DNA of 64,000 nt from Candidatus Eiseniibacteriota bacterium. GTDB lineage: Bacteria > Eisenbacteria > RBG-16-71-46 > DASYSL01. The stretch's first letter is position 1, and every line of letters begins with the position of its first letter. The stretch spans positions 32,001 through 96,000 of the forward strand of contig JANPEF010000106.1 in NCBI GenBank assembly GCA_031431875.1. The letters are read 5' to 3'. A model generated the notes under the pieces. The model did no database searches. It was not told the origin of the DNA and saw only the letters and a program-made list of their open reading frames with translations. Below, one piece after another: positions 8,964 through 20,260 of this stretch. Position numbers and translations under genes: made by a program.

Positions 8964-10731
8964 GCCGCTCCAGGGGATCGCCGCGTCGTCGGGCCTCGCC
9001 ATCGGCCCGGCGCGCGTGCTGCCCGCCGCCGACCAGGACGTGCCGCGACGGCTGCTCGCGGCGGCCGACGTGGCCGCCGAGCACGCGCGCCTCGACGGGG
9101 CGATCGCCGCGGCGTGCGGCGAACTGGGCGAACTCATCGCCCAGGTCGACGCGCTGCACGAGGACGAGACGCACGCCATCCTCGACGTGCAGCTCATGCT
9201 GCTCGGGGATCCGACGGTCCTCAGCGAGACGCGCCACGCGATCGCCGACGAGCTGCTCAACGCCGAGTTCGCCTACCATCGCGTGTTCGCCCGCGCCGCC
9301 ACGGCCTACGAGGCGAGCGGGGCCGAGATCTTTCGCGACCGCGCCGTCGACTTCCGCGACGTGTCGCGCCGAGTGCTGCGCCACCTGACGGGCTGGACGC
9401 CGTCGCGCCTGGCCGGCATCGAGGAGCCGTGCATCGTCGTGGCCCACGACCTCGAGCCGTCCGAGACGATCCACTTCCACAAGGGCAAGGTCCTCGCCGT
9501 CCTCACCGACGAGGGCGGCCGCACGTCGCACTCGGCGCTGCTGGCCCGCTCGCACGGCATCCCGGCGGTGGTCGGCCTGCGCAACGTGACGCGGCTGGTG
9601 CAGGACGGCGACCTCGTCGCCGTCGACGGCTACTCGGGCGCGGTGTGGCCACGGCCGTCGCAGCGGCGGGCCGAGCGCTTCCGCCGCCGCATCAAGGTCG
9701 TCGCCGCGCACGGCAAGGAACTCGAGGCGCTGCGCGACCTGCCCGCGATCACGCCCGACGGGAGGAGGATCGAGCTGTCGGCGAACCTCGAGATCCCCGA
9801 GGAGGTGGGGCACGTGCTCGAGTCCGGCGCGTCCGGCATCGGGCTCTACCGCACCGAGTTCTTCTACCTGGGCCGCCCGCACCTGCCGAGCGAGGAGGAG
9901 CAGACCGCGGCCTACCGCGGCGTCGCCGAGCGCATGCACCCGCGTCCGGTGATCATCCGCACGATGGACCTGGGCGGCGACAAGGTGGCGAGCTACATGC
10001 GCACCGACGACGAGGCGAACCCGTTCCTGGGCTGGCGTGGCATCCGCTTCGCGCTGCACCACCCCGAGGTGTTCCGCACGCAGCTGCGCGCCATCCTGCG
10101 CGCCAGCGCCGTGGGCAACGTCAAGGTGATGTTTCCCATGGTGACGACCTACGAGGAACTCGACCAGGCGCTCGCCCTGTGCGACGAGGTGAAGCGCGAG
10201 CTGACCGCCGAGCACGTGCCCTTCGACGCCGCCTGCGAGATCGGCATGATGGTCGAGACGCCGTCGGCCGTGTGGTCGGCCGAGTTCATGGCCCCACGAG
10301 TGGCGTTCTTCTCGATCGGCTCGAACGACCTGATCCAGTACACGCTGGCGATGGATCGCGGCAACGCGAAGATCGCCTACCTGTACGAGCCGCTCGACCC
10401 GGCGATCCTGCGCTCGATTCGCGCCACGGTCACCGCCGGCCACGCCGCCGGACGCTGGGTCGGGCTGTGTGGCGAGATGGCCGGCGATCCGCGGATCGCC
10501 GCCCTCCTGCTGGGCATGGACGTCGACGAGTTCTCGGTGTCGCCGTTCGACCTGCCGCGCGTCAAGGCCGTGATCCGCACCTTGACGCACGCACGCGCGC
10601 GGGAGATCGCGGCGCGCGCGCTCGAGTTACCGACCGCCGGGGAGATCCGCCGCCTGCTCGATCGCGAGCTCGAGGCGATCCTGCCCGCCGTGCTCCTGGG
10701 AGGGGACGATGCCGCACGCGACGCTGAGTGA
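8950..10731 (+). CDS. ptsI: PEP-protein phosphotransferase (Enzyme I)
   Basis: GGRTSHSA, GIGLYRTEF, IRTMDLGGDK, ANPFLGWRGIR, SIGSNDL, GLCGEMA. Confidence 0.96.
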   Translation: MAKSEPLQGIAASSGLAIGPARVLPAADQDVPRRLLAAADVAAEHARLDGAIAAACGELGELIAQVDALHEDETHAILDVQLMLLGDPTVLSETRHAIADELLNAEFAYHRVFARAATAYEASGAEIFRDRAVDFRDVSRRVLRHLTGWTPSRLAGIEEPCIVVAHDLEPSETIHFHKGKVLAVLTDEGGRTSHSALLARSHGIPAVVGLRNVTRLVQDGDLVAVDGYSGAVWPRPSQRRAERFRRRIKVVAAHGKELEALRDLPAITPDGRRIELSANLEIPEEVGHVLESGASGIGLYRTEFFYLGRPHLPSEEEQTAAYRGVAERMHPRPVIIRTMDLGGDKVASYMRTDDEANPFLGWRGIRFALHHPEVFRTQLRAILRASAVGNVKVMFPMVTTYEELDQALALCDEVKRELTAEHVPFDAACEIGMMVETPSAVWSAEFMAPRVAFFSIGSNDLIQYTLAMDRGNAKIAYLYEPLDPAILRSIRATVTAGHAAGRWVGLCGEMAGDPRIAALLLGMDVDEFSVSPFDLPRVKAVIRTLTHARAREIAARALELPTAGEIRRLLDRELEAILPAVLLGGDDAARDAE

Positions 10732-11812
10732 AGCCGACGTCGCCGCGCGCGACGCCGGCGGCATGGCCGCCCTGATCGCCTCGTGGCCGGCGCAGATCGC
10801 GGGGCAGCGCGCGGCGCTGGCGGCGAGCCCCTGGCCCGCGCAACCCGCGCCGTCGCTGCTCGCGGTGGGGGGGATGGGCGGCTCGGCGATCGCCTCGGAT
10901 CTCGTGTTCGCGCTGTCCGCCGATCGCCTGCAGTTTCCGACGCTGGTGTGCCGGGACTACACCTGGCCGGCCGCGGTCCGGCCCGGGGCGCTCGCGGTGC
11001 TGTCGAGCTACTCGGGCAACACCGAGGAGACCCTGGCCCTCTATGACGAGGCGAAGGCCCGGGGGGTGGCCCGACTGGCGATCACGACGGGGGGCGAACT
11101 GGCCCGCCGTTGCGAGGCCGATCGGGTGCCCTGGAGGGTCGTTCCGGGGGGCCTTCCCCCCCGGGCCGCCCTCGGTTATTCTGTTGTGTCACTATCCCTT
11201 GTGCTCGAATCACTGGGTGCTCCGGGCTGGGGCGATGCGGCCTGGGCCGAGGCGCACGCGGTCGCGGCCGAGCTGGGCACGCGCTGCGCGCCCGATCGAC
11301 CCGAGGCCGACAACCCGGCGAAGCAGCTGGCCCGCGCCGTGGTCGGGCGCGCCGTCTGCATCTACGGCGGGGCGGGCCTCGCGGCGCCGATCGCGCGGCG
11401 CTGGAAGGGTCAGCTCCACGAGAACGCGAAGACCCTGGCTTTCGACGCGGTCCTGCCGGAGATGAACCACAACGAGATCGTGGGCTGGCAGGCGCTCGCC
11501 GACCTGCACCCGCGGTTCGCCGTGATCCTGCTGCGGGACCGCGCCGAATCGGGTGCGCTGGCGCGGCGGATGGCGGTGACCCGCGAGATCCTCGAGGACG
11601 AGGGGGTCGGCGTGCACGAGGCGTGGTCGGTGGGCACGTCGCCGCTGGCGCGCATGCTCTCGCTGCTCGTGCTGGGCGACTGGACGAGCTTGTACCTGGC
11701 GGTGCTGGCCGGCGTGGATCCCACGCCGATCGTGAAGATCGACCGGCTCAAGGCGGCGCTCGCATCGGCGGGCGACGACCGGCCGGGGACTGCGGAGGCG
11801 ACCCCCCGATGA
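10709..11812 (+). CDS. Bifunctional phosphoglucose/phosphomannose isomerase (SIS)
   Basis: [38 protein letters not shown]. Confidence 0.9.
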   Translation: MPHATLSEADVAARDAGGMAALIASWPAQIAGQRAALAASPWPAQPAPSLLAVGGMGGSAIASDLVFALSADRLQFPTLVCRDYTWPAAVRPGALAVLSSYSGNTEETLALYDEAKARGVARLAITTGGELARRCEADRVPWRVVPGGLPPRAALGYSVVSLSLVLESLGAPGWGDAAWAEAHAVAAELGTRCAPDRPEADNPAKQLARAVVGRAVCIYGGAGLAAPIARRWKGQLHENAKTLAFDAVLPEMNHNEIVGWQALADLHPRFAVILLRDRAESGALARRMAVTREILEDEGVGVHEAWSVGTSPLARMLSLLVLGDWTSLYLAVLAGVDPTPIVKIDRLKAALASAGDDRPGTAEATPR

Positions 11813-12807
11813 CTCCGTCCGGCATCAAGGCGATCATCCCCGTGGCGGGGGTGGGCTCGCGGCTGCGGCCGCACACCCACACGACCCCGAAGGCGCTCAT
11901 CCACGTGGCGGGCCGCCCGATTCTGGCGCACATCCTCGACGACCTGGAGCGGCTGGGCGTCACGGACGTGGTCCTCGTCGTCGGCCACATGAGCGAGCAC
12001 ATCCGGGCCTACGTCGACGCGCACTACGCGCACCTGACGCGCTCCTACGTCGACCAGCCCGAGCGGCTGGGACTGGGCCACGCGGTGCGCCTGACGCGCG
12101 ACCTGGTGAGCGGGCACCCGGCGTTCATCGTGCTCGGCGACACCATCTTTCGCGCCGACTTCTCGGCGGTGGTGAACGGCGGCGAGAGCGCGATCGGCGT
12201 GCACGAAGTGAAGGATCCGCGGCGGTTCGGGATCGTCGAGACGAAGGACGGCTACGCCTCGCGACTGGTCGAAAAGCCCGATCATCCCACGTCGAACCTG
12301 GCGATCGTCGGGGTCTACTACCTGACCGACTCGAGGCTGCTGTTCGACGCGCTCGACACGCTGGTGGCGAAGGACATCCGGACCAAGGGCGAGTACCAGT
12401 TGACCGACGCGCTCCAGCTCATGATCGAGGGGGGCCACCGGATCCGGCCCTTCAAAGTCGACGGCTGGTACGACTGCGGGAAGACCGAGACGTTGCTCGA
12501 GACCAACCGCGAGCTGCTCGAGAGCAAGGGCGATGCGCCCGGAATGGCCCCGGCGGGGACGGTGATCGTGCCGCCGGTGGCCATCGATCCGACGGCCGTG
12601 ATCGAGCGTTCGATCATCGGCCCGCACGTCTCGATCGCCGCCCGCGCCGTGGTGCGCGAGGCGGTGGTGAAGAATTCGATCGTCAACGAAGACGCCGTCG
12701 TCGAGCGCATCCTGCTCGAAGGATCGGTGATCGGCGAGAACGCGCTCGTCCGCGGGACGTTCCGCCATCTCAACGTGGGAGACTCCTCCGAAGTGAGCAT
12801 GGGATAG
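11809..12807 (+). CDS. Sugar-phosphate nucleotidyltransferase (RmlA long-form-like) with C-terminal beta-helix
   Basis: [42 protein letters not shown]. Confidence 0.88.
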   Translation: MTPSGIKAIIPVAGVGSRLRPHTHTTPKALIHVAGRPILAHILDDLERLGVTDVVLVVGHMSEHIRAYVDAHYAHLTRSYVDQPERLGLGHAVRLTRDLVSGHPAFIVLGDTIFRADFSAVVNGGESAIGVHEVKDPRRFGIVETKDGYASRLVEKPDHPTSNLAIVGVYYLTDSRLLFDALDTLVAKDIRTKGEYQLTDALQLMIEGGHRIRPFKVDGWYDCGKTETLLETNRELLESKGDAPGMAPAGTVIVPPVAIDPTAVIERSIIGPHVSIAARAVVREAVVKNSIVNEDAVVERILLEGSVIGENALVRGTFRHLNVGDSSEVSMG

Positions 12808-12842
12808 CTCACGGAGCCCCCGCCAACCCGCAAGGAGCAGGC

Positions 12843-13985
<1,143 letters not shown>

Positions 13986-13987
13986 CC

Positions 13988-15259
13988 ATGGCGGAGACGA
14001 TGACGACCACGCACGACGTGAAGGACCTGGGCCTCGCGCCCGCGGGCAAGCTGAAGATCGAGTGGGCGGACCGGCAGATGCCGGTGCTGCGCCAGATCCG
14101 CGCCCGCTTCGAGAAGGAGCAGCCGCTCAAGGGGCTGCGCGTTGCGGCCTGCCTGCACGTGACGGCCGAGACGGCGAACCTGATGCGCACCCTGAAGGCC
14201 GGCGGCGCCGACATCACGCTGTGCGGCTCGAACCCGCTGTCGACCAACGACGAGGTCGCGGCCTCGCTCGTCGTCGACTACGGCATCTCGACCCACGCGA
14301 TCAAGGGCGAGGATCACGACACGTACTACCGTCATATCCAGTCGGCGATCGACAGCAAGCCGCAGGTGACGATGGACGACGGCTGCGACCTGGTGACCGT
14401 GCTGCACACCAAGCGCAAGGACATGCTGGCGGGCGTCATCGGCGGCACCGAGGAGACGACGACCGGCGTCATCCGCCTGCAGGCGATGGCGAAGCAGGGC
14501 GTGCTCGGCTACCCGGTCGTGGCCATCAACGACGCCGACACCAAGCACCTGTTCGACAACCGCTACGGCACCGGCCAGAGCACGCTCGACGGCATCCTGC
14601 GCTGCACCAACATGCTGCTCGCCGGCTCGACCGTCGTCGTGGCCGGCTACGGCTGGTGCGGCCGCGGCGTCGCCATGCGTGCGCGCGGCATGGGTGCGAT
14701 CGTGCTCGTCACCGAGATCGATCCGGTCAAGGCGATCGAGGCGGCGATGGACGGCTTCGAGGTGGTGACCATGGAGAACGCCTCGTCACGCGGCATCCTC
14801 TTCATCACCATGACGGGCAACAAGAACGTGATCCGCGGCGAGCACTTCAAGGCGATGCAGGACGGCGCCGTGGTGTGCAACTCGGGCCACTTCAACGTCG
14901 AGATCGACATTCCCGCGCTGGAAAAGCTGGCGTCGGCCAAGAACGAGACGCGCCCGTTCGTCGAGGAGTTCGTGATCGGCGAGAAGCGCATCTTCCTGCT
15001 CGGCGAGGGCCGGCTGATCAACCTGGCGGCGGCCGAGGGGCACCCGGCCTCGGTGATGGACATGTCGTTCGCCAACCAGTCGCTCTCGGCCGAGTACCTG
15101 GCGAAGAATGCGGCGACCCTGCCCAAGGACGTCTTCACGGTGCCGAAGGAGATCGACGCGCAGGTGGCCCTGCTCAAGCTGGCGGCCATGGGTGTGACGA
15201 TCGACACGCTGACGCCCGAGCAGGTGAAGTACCTGGCCGAGTGGAGCGAGGGAACCTAG
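13988..15259 (+). CDS. ahcY: Adenosylhomocysteinase
   Basis: EETTTG, KHLFDNRYGTGQS, GYGWCG, EGRLINL, GHPASVMDMSFANQ. Confidence 0.98.
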   Translation: MAETMTTTHDVKDLGLAPAGKLKIEWADRQMPVLRQIRARFEKEQPLKGLRVAACLHVTAETANLMRTLKAGGADITLCGSNPLSTNDEVAASLVVDYGISTHAIKGEDHDTYYRHIQSAIDSKPQVTMDDGCDLVTVLHTKRKDMLAGVIGGTEETTTGVIRLQAMAKQGVLGYPVVAINDADTKHLFDNRYGTGQSTLDGILRCTNMLLAGSTVVVAGYGWCGRGVAMRARGMGAIVLVTEIDPVKAIEAAMDGFEVVTMENASSRGILFITMTGNKNVIRGEHFKAMQDGAVVCNSGHFNVEIDIPALEKLASAKNETRPFVEEFVIGEKRIFLLGEGRLINLAAAEGHPASVMDMSFANQSLSAEYLAKNAATLPKDVFTVPKEIDAQVALLKLAAMGVTIDTLTPEQVKYLAEWSEGT

Positions 15260-15276
15260 GCCGGGTGGCGAAACCG

Positions 15277-17892
15277 ATGCAGGACCGGCGGCCGCGGCGC
15301 ACGCGGTCGTCCGGCTCAAAGGGAACCGAGGCCCCCGCAGGCAGGGATCCCATGAAGATCGAGCTCTCGGAGCGACGCCGGCGGCATGTCGTCGGCGTCC
15401 TCCTCGGCGCCCTCGGGCTCGTCGCACTGGCGAGCCTCGTGACCTACCGTGCACCCGCTCTCGGGTACGCGGCGTGGTCGATGCCCAACGCCAGCGGTCC
15501 GCTCGGCGCGGGGCTCGCGCACGCCCTGGTCGGCACGTTCGGACGCATCGTCGCGTTCGGCACCCCGCTGCTGCTCTTCGCCTGGAGCCTGAACCGGCTG
15601 CGCAATCGCGCGGCCGGGCCGCTCGCGCTCGAGACCGCGTTCGGTGCGGCGATCGCGATCGAGGCGCTGGCGCTGGTCGGCCTGGCCGGCGTGCGCGTCG
15701 GCGCGTGGGCCGGCGGCATCGGCCTCGGTCTCGCGGGCGCCGCGCGCCTCGTGCTCGGCGACATCGGCGGCGCGATCGCGCTGGTCGCCGTGTTCCTCAT
15801 CACCGGATTGGTCGCCTCGGAGATCGGCTTCGGCCTGGTCACCCAGGCTTGGCGCCTGTTCGTCAAGGCGCCGGCGCGTGCCGTGCTCGAGGGGGCGCGC
15901 GAGAAGCACGCCGCCGTGCGCGCCCGTCGCGCCGACGAGGCGGCGCAGGCGGAGTCTGCCGTCGCCGTGCCGGTCGCGACCGCGCTCGCGCCGCCACGCG
16001 CGCGCCATCGTCGCCCGGCCGAGGCGGTCGAGTCCGCGATCGTCGTGCCCGCGGCCGAGGATCTCGTCCCGGTCGCGCCGCGCATCGTCGCACCCCGTCC
16101 GATCACCGAGGGCGACGCGCTCGCCCAGGCCCGCCGCGAGGAGGCCGAGGCGCGCGAGCGCCGGGTGCAGGAGAAGGAGGCGCGCGCGCTCGAGCGCGCC
16201 GCGAAGGCGAACGAGGCCGAGGCGCTGCCGGCACGGGCCAGCGGCGAGATCCCGCTCGCCTCGGACCCGGCCACGCACGCCGAGCTCGCGGTGGACGACG
16301 GTGCGCCCAAGCCCGGCGTCGATCCCGCGGCGCAGCTCACCGCGGGCATGGCCGGGATGTCGGGCGTGAACGTCGCCGCGCAGGCGATGGGGGCCAGGGC
16401 CCGGAATCTCGTGCGCACGCCCGAGATTCCGAAGGTGCCGTACGTGCCGGGCGACCGGCCCGGGCTCGACCTGCTCGAGGATCCGCCGACCGTGATCGAG
16501 GGCCCGAGCGCCGAGGAGCTCACCGCCGAAGCGCAGCTCCTGACCACGCGCATGCTCGACTTCGGGATCACCGGCCGCGTCACCGAGATCCAGCCGGGCC
16601 CCGTCGTCACCATGTTCGAGTTCGAGCCCGCCGCCGGCGTCAAGGTGTCGTCGATCACCAGCCGCGCCGACGACCTCGCGCTGGCCATGCGCGCCCGGCA
16701 GATCCGCATCATCGCGCCCATTCCCGGGAAGGCCGCGGTTGGCATCGAGATCCCGAACCGCAAGCCGCGGACGGTGTATCTCAAGGAGGTGCTCGCGTCC
16801 GACGTCTACAAGGGGGAGAAGGGAGCGCTCAAGATCGTGCTCGGGGTCGACGCGGGCGGCAACTCGTTCGCCTACGACATCGCGAAGATGCCGCACGTTC
16901 TGGTCGCGGGCGCGACCGGAGCGGGGAAGAGCGTGTACTTGAACGTGCTGGTCACCAGCCTCCTCTACGGGCACGGGCCGGACACGCTGCGCTTCGTCAT
17001 GGTCGACCCGAAGATGCTCGAGCTCACCGGCTACAACGGCATCCCGCACCTGCTCATGCCGGTCGTCACCGACGCCAAGAAGGCCGCGCGTGCGCTGCGC
17101 TGGACGGTGGGGGAGATGGAGCGACGCTACAAGCTGCTGGCCGGCACCGGCGCGCGCAACATCGACGGCTTCAACGGCAAGCTGGCCGGCCCCAATCCGC
17201 CGACCGGCGGCGAGGGCGAGAGCCTCGAGCCGCTGCCGTACATCGTGGTTCTGGTCGACGAGCTCGCCGACCTCATGCTCACCGCACCGGTCGACATCGA
17301 GGAGCCGATCGCCCGCCTGGCCCAGATGGCGCGCGCCGTCGGCATTCACCTGGTGCTCGCCACGCAGCGGCCCTCGGTCGACGTCCTGACTGGAGTGATC
17401 AAGGCCAACTTCCCGTCCCGCATCGCATTTCAGGTGGCCTCGAAAGTGGATTCGAGGACCATCCTCGACATGAATGGGGCCGAGGCGCTGCTCGGCCACG
17501 GCGACATGCTGTTCCTCCCGGCCGGCAAGCCCGAGCCCTACCGCGTGCACGCCCCGTGGCTCTCCGAGCCCGAGGCTTCGCGCGTCGCCGACTACTGGAA
17601 GGCGCGCGCGCCCGAACGCCCGGGGCTGTCGATCGAGGACCAGATCGAGGCCGAGGCCGAAGGCTTTGACGGGGACGACGACGAGCTGGTGCCCGAGGCG
17701 GTGCGCCTGGTGATCACCCACCAGCAGGGCTCGACGTCGCTGCTGCAGCGCCGCCTCAAGGTTGGTTACTCGCGGGCGTCGCGCCTCATGGACAAACTCG
17801 AGGCGATGGGTGTCGTCGGGCCATTCATGGGCAGCAAGGCCCGCGACGTGCTGGTCGACGAGACGCAGCTCGAGGAGTTCGAACGCCGATGA
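15277..17892 (+). CDS. ftsK: DNA translocase FtsK (start uncertain: 15265, 15277 or 15352)
   Basis: N-terminal TMs, Ala/Pro linker, PHVLVAGATGAGKS, DELADLM, ATQRPSVDV, gamma domain LQRRLKVGYSRA. Confidence 0.95.
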   Translation: MQDRRPRRTRSSGSKGTEAPAGRDPMKIELSERRRRHVVGVLLGALGLVALASLVTYRAPALGYAAWSMPNASGPLGAGLAHALVGTFGRIVAFGTPLLLFAWSLNRLRNRAAGPLALETAFGAAIAIEALALVGLAGVRVGAWAGGIGLGLAGAARLVLGDIGGAIALVAVFLITGLVASEIGFGLVTQAWRLFVKAPARAVLEGAREKHAAVRARRADEAAQAESAVAVPVATALAPPRARHRRPAEAVESAIVVPAAEDLVPVAPRIVAPRPITEGDALAQARREEAEARERRVQEKEARALERAAKANEAEALPARASGEIPLASDPATHAELAVDDGAPKPGVDPAAQLTAGMAGMSGVNVAAQAMGARARNLVRTPEIPKVPYVPGDRPGLDLLEDPPTVIEGPSAEELTAEAQLLTTRMLDFGITGRVTEIQPGPVVTMFEFEPAAGVKVSSITSRADDLALAMRARQIRIIAPIPGKAAVGIEIPNRKPRTVYLKEVLASDVYKGEKGALKIVLGVDAGGNSFAYDIAKMPHVLVAGATGAGKSVYLNVLVTSLLYGHGPDTLRFVMVDPKMLELTGYNGIPHLLMPVVTDAKKAARALRWTVGEMERRYKLLAGTGARNIDGFNGKLAGPNPPTGGEGESLEPLPYIVVLVDELADLMLTAPVDIEEPIARLAQMARAVGIHLVLATQRPSVDVLTGVIKANFPSRIAFQVASKVDSRTILDMNGAEALLGHGDMLFLPAGKPEPYRVHAPWLSEPEASRVADYWKARAPERPGLSIEDQIEAEAEGFDGDDDELVPEAVRLVITHQQGSTSLLQRRLKVGYSRASRLMDKLEAMGVVGPFMGSKARDVLVDETQLEEFERR

Positions 17893-19322
17893 TGCCACTC
17901 GCCCCCAAGCTCGCGTTCGTCACGCTCGGCTGCCCCAAGAACCAGGTCGACTCCGAGGCCATGCTCGGGCTCCTGGCGAAGGACGGCTTCCGCCCGACCG
18001 GCGACGTCAACGACGCCGATCTCGTGGTGGTCAACACCTGCGCCTTCCTCGGCAGCGCCGTCGCGGAGAGCAAGAAGACCATCCAGAAGATCGCCCGGCT
18101 CAAGAAGCGGGGGACGCTTCAGGGCCTCATCGTCGCCGGCTGCTGGGCGCAGCGCGACGGCACGACGATCGCCGACCAGATCCCCGGAGTCGATGCCGTG
18201 CTCGGCACCGGGTCGGTCGAGAAGATCGTCGGCCTGTCGCGCGCCGTGCTCGATCGCGCCGGCGTGCGCGCCGCGGCGCTGAAAACCGCCGGCAGCGCGC
18301 AGGCGCGCCTGCCACGCCAGGGTCCGCTCGACGAAGTGCACGAGCCGGGTGGCGCGCTGGTCGCGCTGCCGCGCGCGCTGTCGACGCCGCGCCACCTCGC
18401 CTACCTCAAGATCAGCGAGGGCTGCGACCACCGCTGCACCTTCTGCATCATCCCGCACCTGCGCGGCGACCAGCGGAGCCGTCCGCTCGACTCGCTCGTC
18501 GCCGAGGCGCGCCTGCTGGCGAAGAACGGCGTCAAGGAACTGGTCCTCATCGGCCAGGACACGACGGCGTACGGCATCGACCTGCCGGCAGCGGGGCGGC
18601 CGCGCCTGTCGACGCTCCTCCAGGCGCTGGTCGAGGTCGACGGGATCGAGTGGATCCGCGTCATGTACACGTATCCGCGCGAGTGGGACGAGGAGCTGAT
18701 GGACACGCTTGGCGGCCACCCCAAGCTGTGCAAGTACGTGGACATGCCGCTGCAGCACATCCACGACGTCATGCTCAAGCGCATGGCGCGGGCCTCGAAT
18801 CGGGCGAAGACCGAGAAGCTGCTGGGCGAGATCCGGCTCCGCATCCCGGGCGTGAGCCTGCGCACCTCGTTCATCGTGGGCTTCCCGGGCGAGACCAAGG
18901 AGCACTACGATACGCTGACGTCGTTCGTGCGCGACATGGAGTTCGACAAGGTGGTCGTGTTCGCCTACGAGCCCGAGCGCGAGGCGCCGTCGTCGTCGTT
19001 CAGCGGTCGTGTGCCCGAGTGGGTGAAGGCGTCACGAAGGGAACGGCTGCTGCTGACACAGCAGGAGATTTCGACGCGCCGGCTGGCCCGCCGCGTCGGG
19101 CGCGTCGAGACCGTGCTGATCGACGGTCCCGCCGCCGAGGGCCGCTGGCTCGCGCGTACGCAGGGGGAGGCGTACGAGGTGGACGGCGGCGTGTTCGTCG
19201 AAGGCAGCGATCTCTCCCCCGGCAGTTTCGTCCGCGTCCGGATCACCGGCGCGAGCGCCTACGACCTCTGGGCTGTCGCCCTCACGCCCGGACCTCTCGC
19301 CCTCCAGGGAGCGTCTCGATGA
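17889..19322 (+). CDS. rimO: Ribosomal protein S12 methylthiotransferase
   Basis: LGCPKNQVDSE, EGCDHRCTFCIIP radical-SAM motif, TRAM domain with EVDG. Confidence 0.95.
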   Translation: MMPLAPKLAFVTLGCPKNQVDSEAMLGLLAKDGFRPTGDVNDADLVVVNTCAFLGSAVAESKKTIQKIARLKKRGTLQGLIVAGCWAQRDGTTIADQIPGVDAVLGTGSVEKIVGLSRAVLDRAGVRAAALKTAGSAQARLPRQGPLDEVHEPGGALVALPRALSTPRHLAYLKISEGCDHRCTFCIIPHLRGDQRSRPLDSLVAEARLLAKNGVKELVLIGQDTTAYGIDLPAAGRPRLSTLLQALVEVDGIEWIRVMYTYPREWDEELMDTLGGHPKLCKYVDMPLQHIHDVMLKRMARASNRAKTEKLLGEIRLRIPGVSLRTSFIVGFPGETKEHYDTLTSFVRDMEFDKVVVFAYEPEREAPSSSFSGRVPEWVKASRRERLLLTQQEISTRRLARRVGRVETVLIDGPAAEGRWLARTQGEAYEVDGGVFVEGSDLSPGSFVRVRITGASAYDLWAVALTPGPLALQGASR

Positions 19323-20260
19323 TCGTTCCGTTCCGTCGTAACCCGATCCCGCCGGCCCTTGCCGCCCTGCTCGCGCTCGTGCTGCTCGCGCCGCCGGGAG
19401 CGGCGCCGCGTCCGGCGTGTGCGGACGATCGCGCGGTGACGAGGGAGCTGCCGCCGTCGAACACGGCGCTGCTCGCGCGCGCCTCGCGCGCGGCTGCGCA
19501 GCGGCTCGTCGCCGACGTGCCGCTGACGCCGGGCACGCGCATCGGCCTGCGCGCGGAGGGCGAGAGCAAGCTCGACGGCGACATGCGCGAGGCGCTGCTG
19601 CAGGCGTTCAACGCGCGGCAGATCACGTGCGTGCTGCTGGAGCCGGTCGGCGGAGCAAGGGACACGGCCGTGACCTTCGCCGAGCCGGCGGCCGCGGCGG
19701 ACACCCCGCCGCCGCCGGCCGCCGGGGGCAGCCTGGCCGACCTTTCCGCCCGGGCGGCGGCGGCCCAGCAGGCCGGGACGAGTGAGTTCGAGCGGCTGCA
19801 GGCCGAGCGTGAGGCGCAGGCGACGCGCGCCGATTCGATCCGCGCGGCGCGCGGGGCGGGCCATGCGGGCGGGAGCACGGGCGGTCCGGCCGCGTCAGCC
19901 GTGACCGCGCCGCGCGACCTGCCCGTGATCACGTGGCGAGTGCAGGAGGCGCGCGTCGACTACGTGCGCGAATATCGCAACGGCATCTTCGGCTCCCACC
20001 GGGTCGAGCGGCGCGCGCGGGCGGACCTCGCCCTGCGCCTCACGCCGGCCGGCTCGGACGCGGTGGCGTGGAGCGCCGCGGCCGACACCGCGATCGGCGA
20101 CGTCGTTCTCAAGAGCGAGCTCGCGGGGCTCGAGGACCGCACGCGTCCCGAGACGCGTCCCGTGCTGCCGCAGTCGAGCTTCAAGAAGGTGCTCGAGCCG
20201 GTGCTCGTCGTCGTGCTCGTCGCGGGGCTGGTCAGCCTCTTCTACCAGAACCGCCCGTGA
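19319..20260 (+). CDS. Hypothetical exported protein with C-terminal hydrophobic anchor
   Basis: Coupled to rimO (ATGA) and bamD (GTGA); signal-peptide-like N-terminus; KKVLEPVLVVVLVAGLVSLFY tail. Confidence 0.75.
   Translation: MIVPFRRNPIPPALAALLALVLLAPPGAAPRPACADDRAVTRELPPSNTALLARASRAAAQRLVADVPLTPGTRIGLRAEGESKLDGDMREALLQAFNARQITCVLLEPVGGARDTAVTFAEPAAAADTPPPPAAGGSLADLSARAAAAQQAGTSEFERLQAEREAQATRADSIRAARGAGHAGGSTGGPAASAVTAPRDLPVITWRVQEARVDYVREYRNGIFGSHRVERRARADLALRLTPAGSDAVAWSAAADTAIGDVVLKSELAGLEDRTRPETRPVLPQSSFKKVLEPVLVVVLVAGLVSLFYQNRP

Noticed and set aside
14062..15276. Long N-terminal extensions in the ORF track (ftsK 1276 aa; also 133, 1617, 11110, 17762, 52241, 61976)
   Set aside because: They overlap real upstream genes in another frame; most true starts sit at stop/start overlaps
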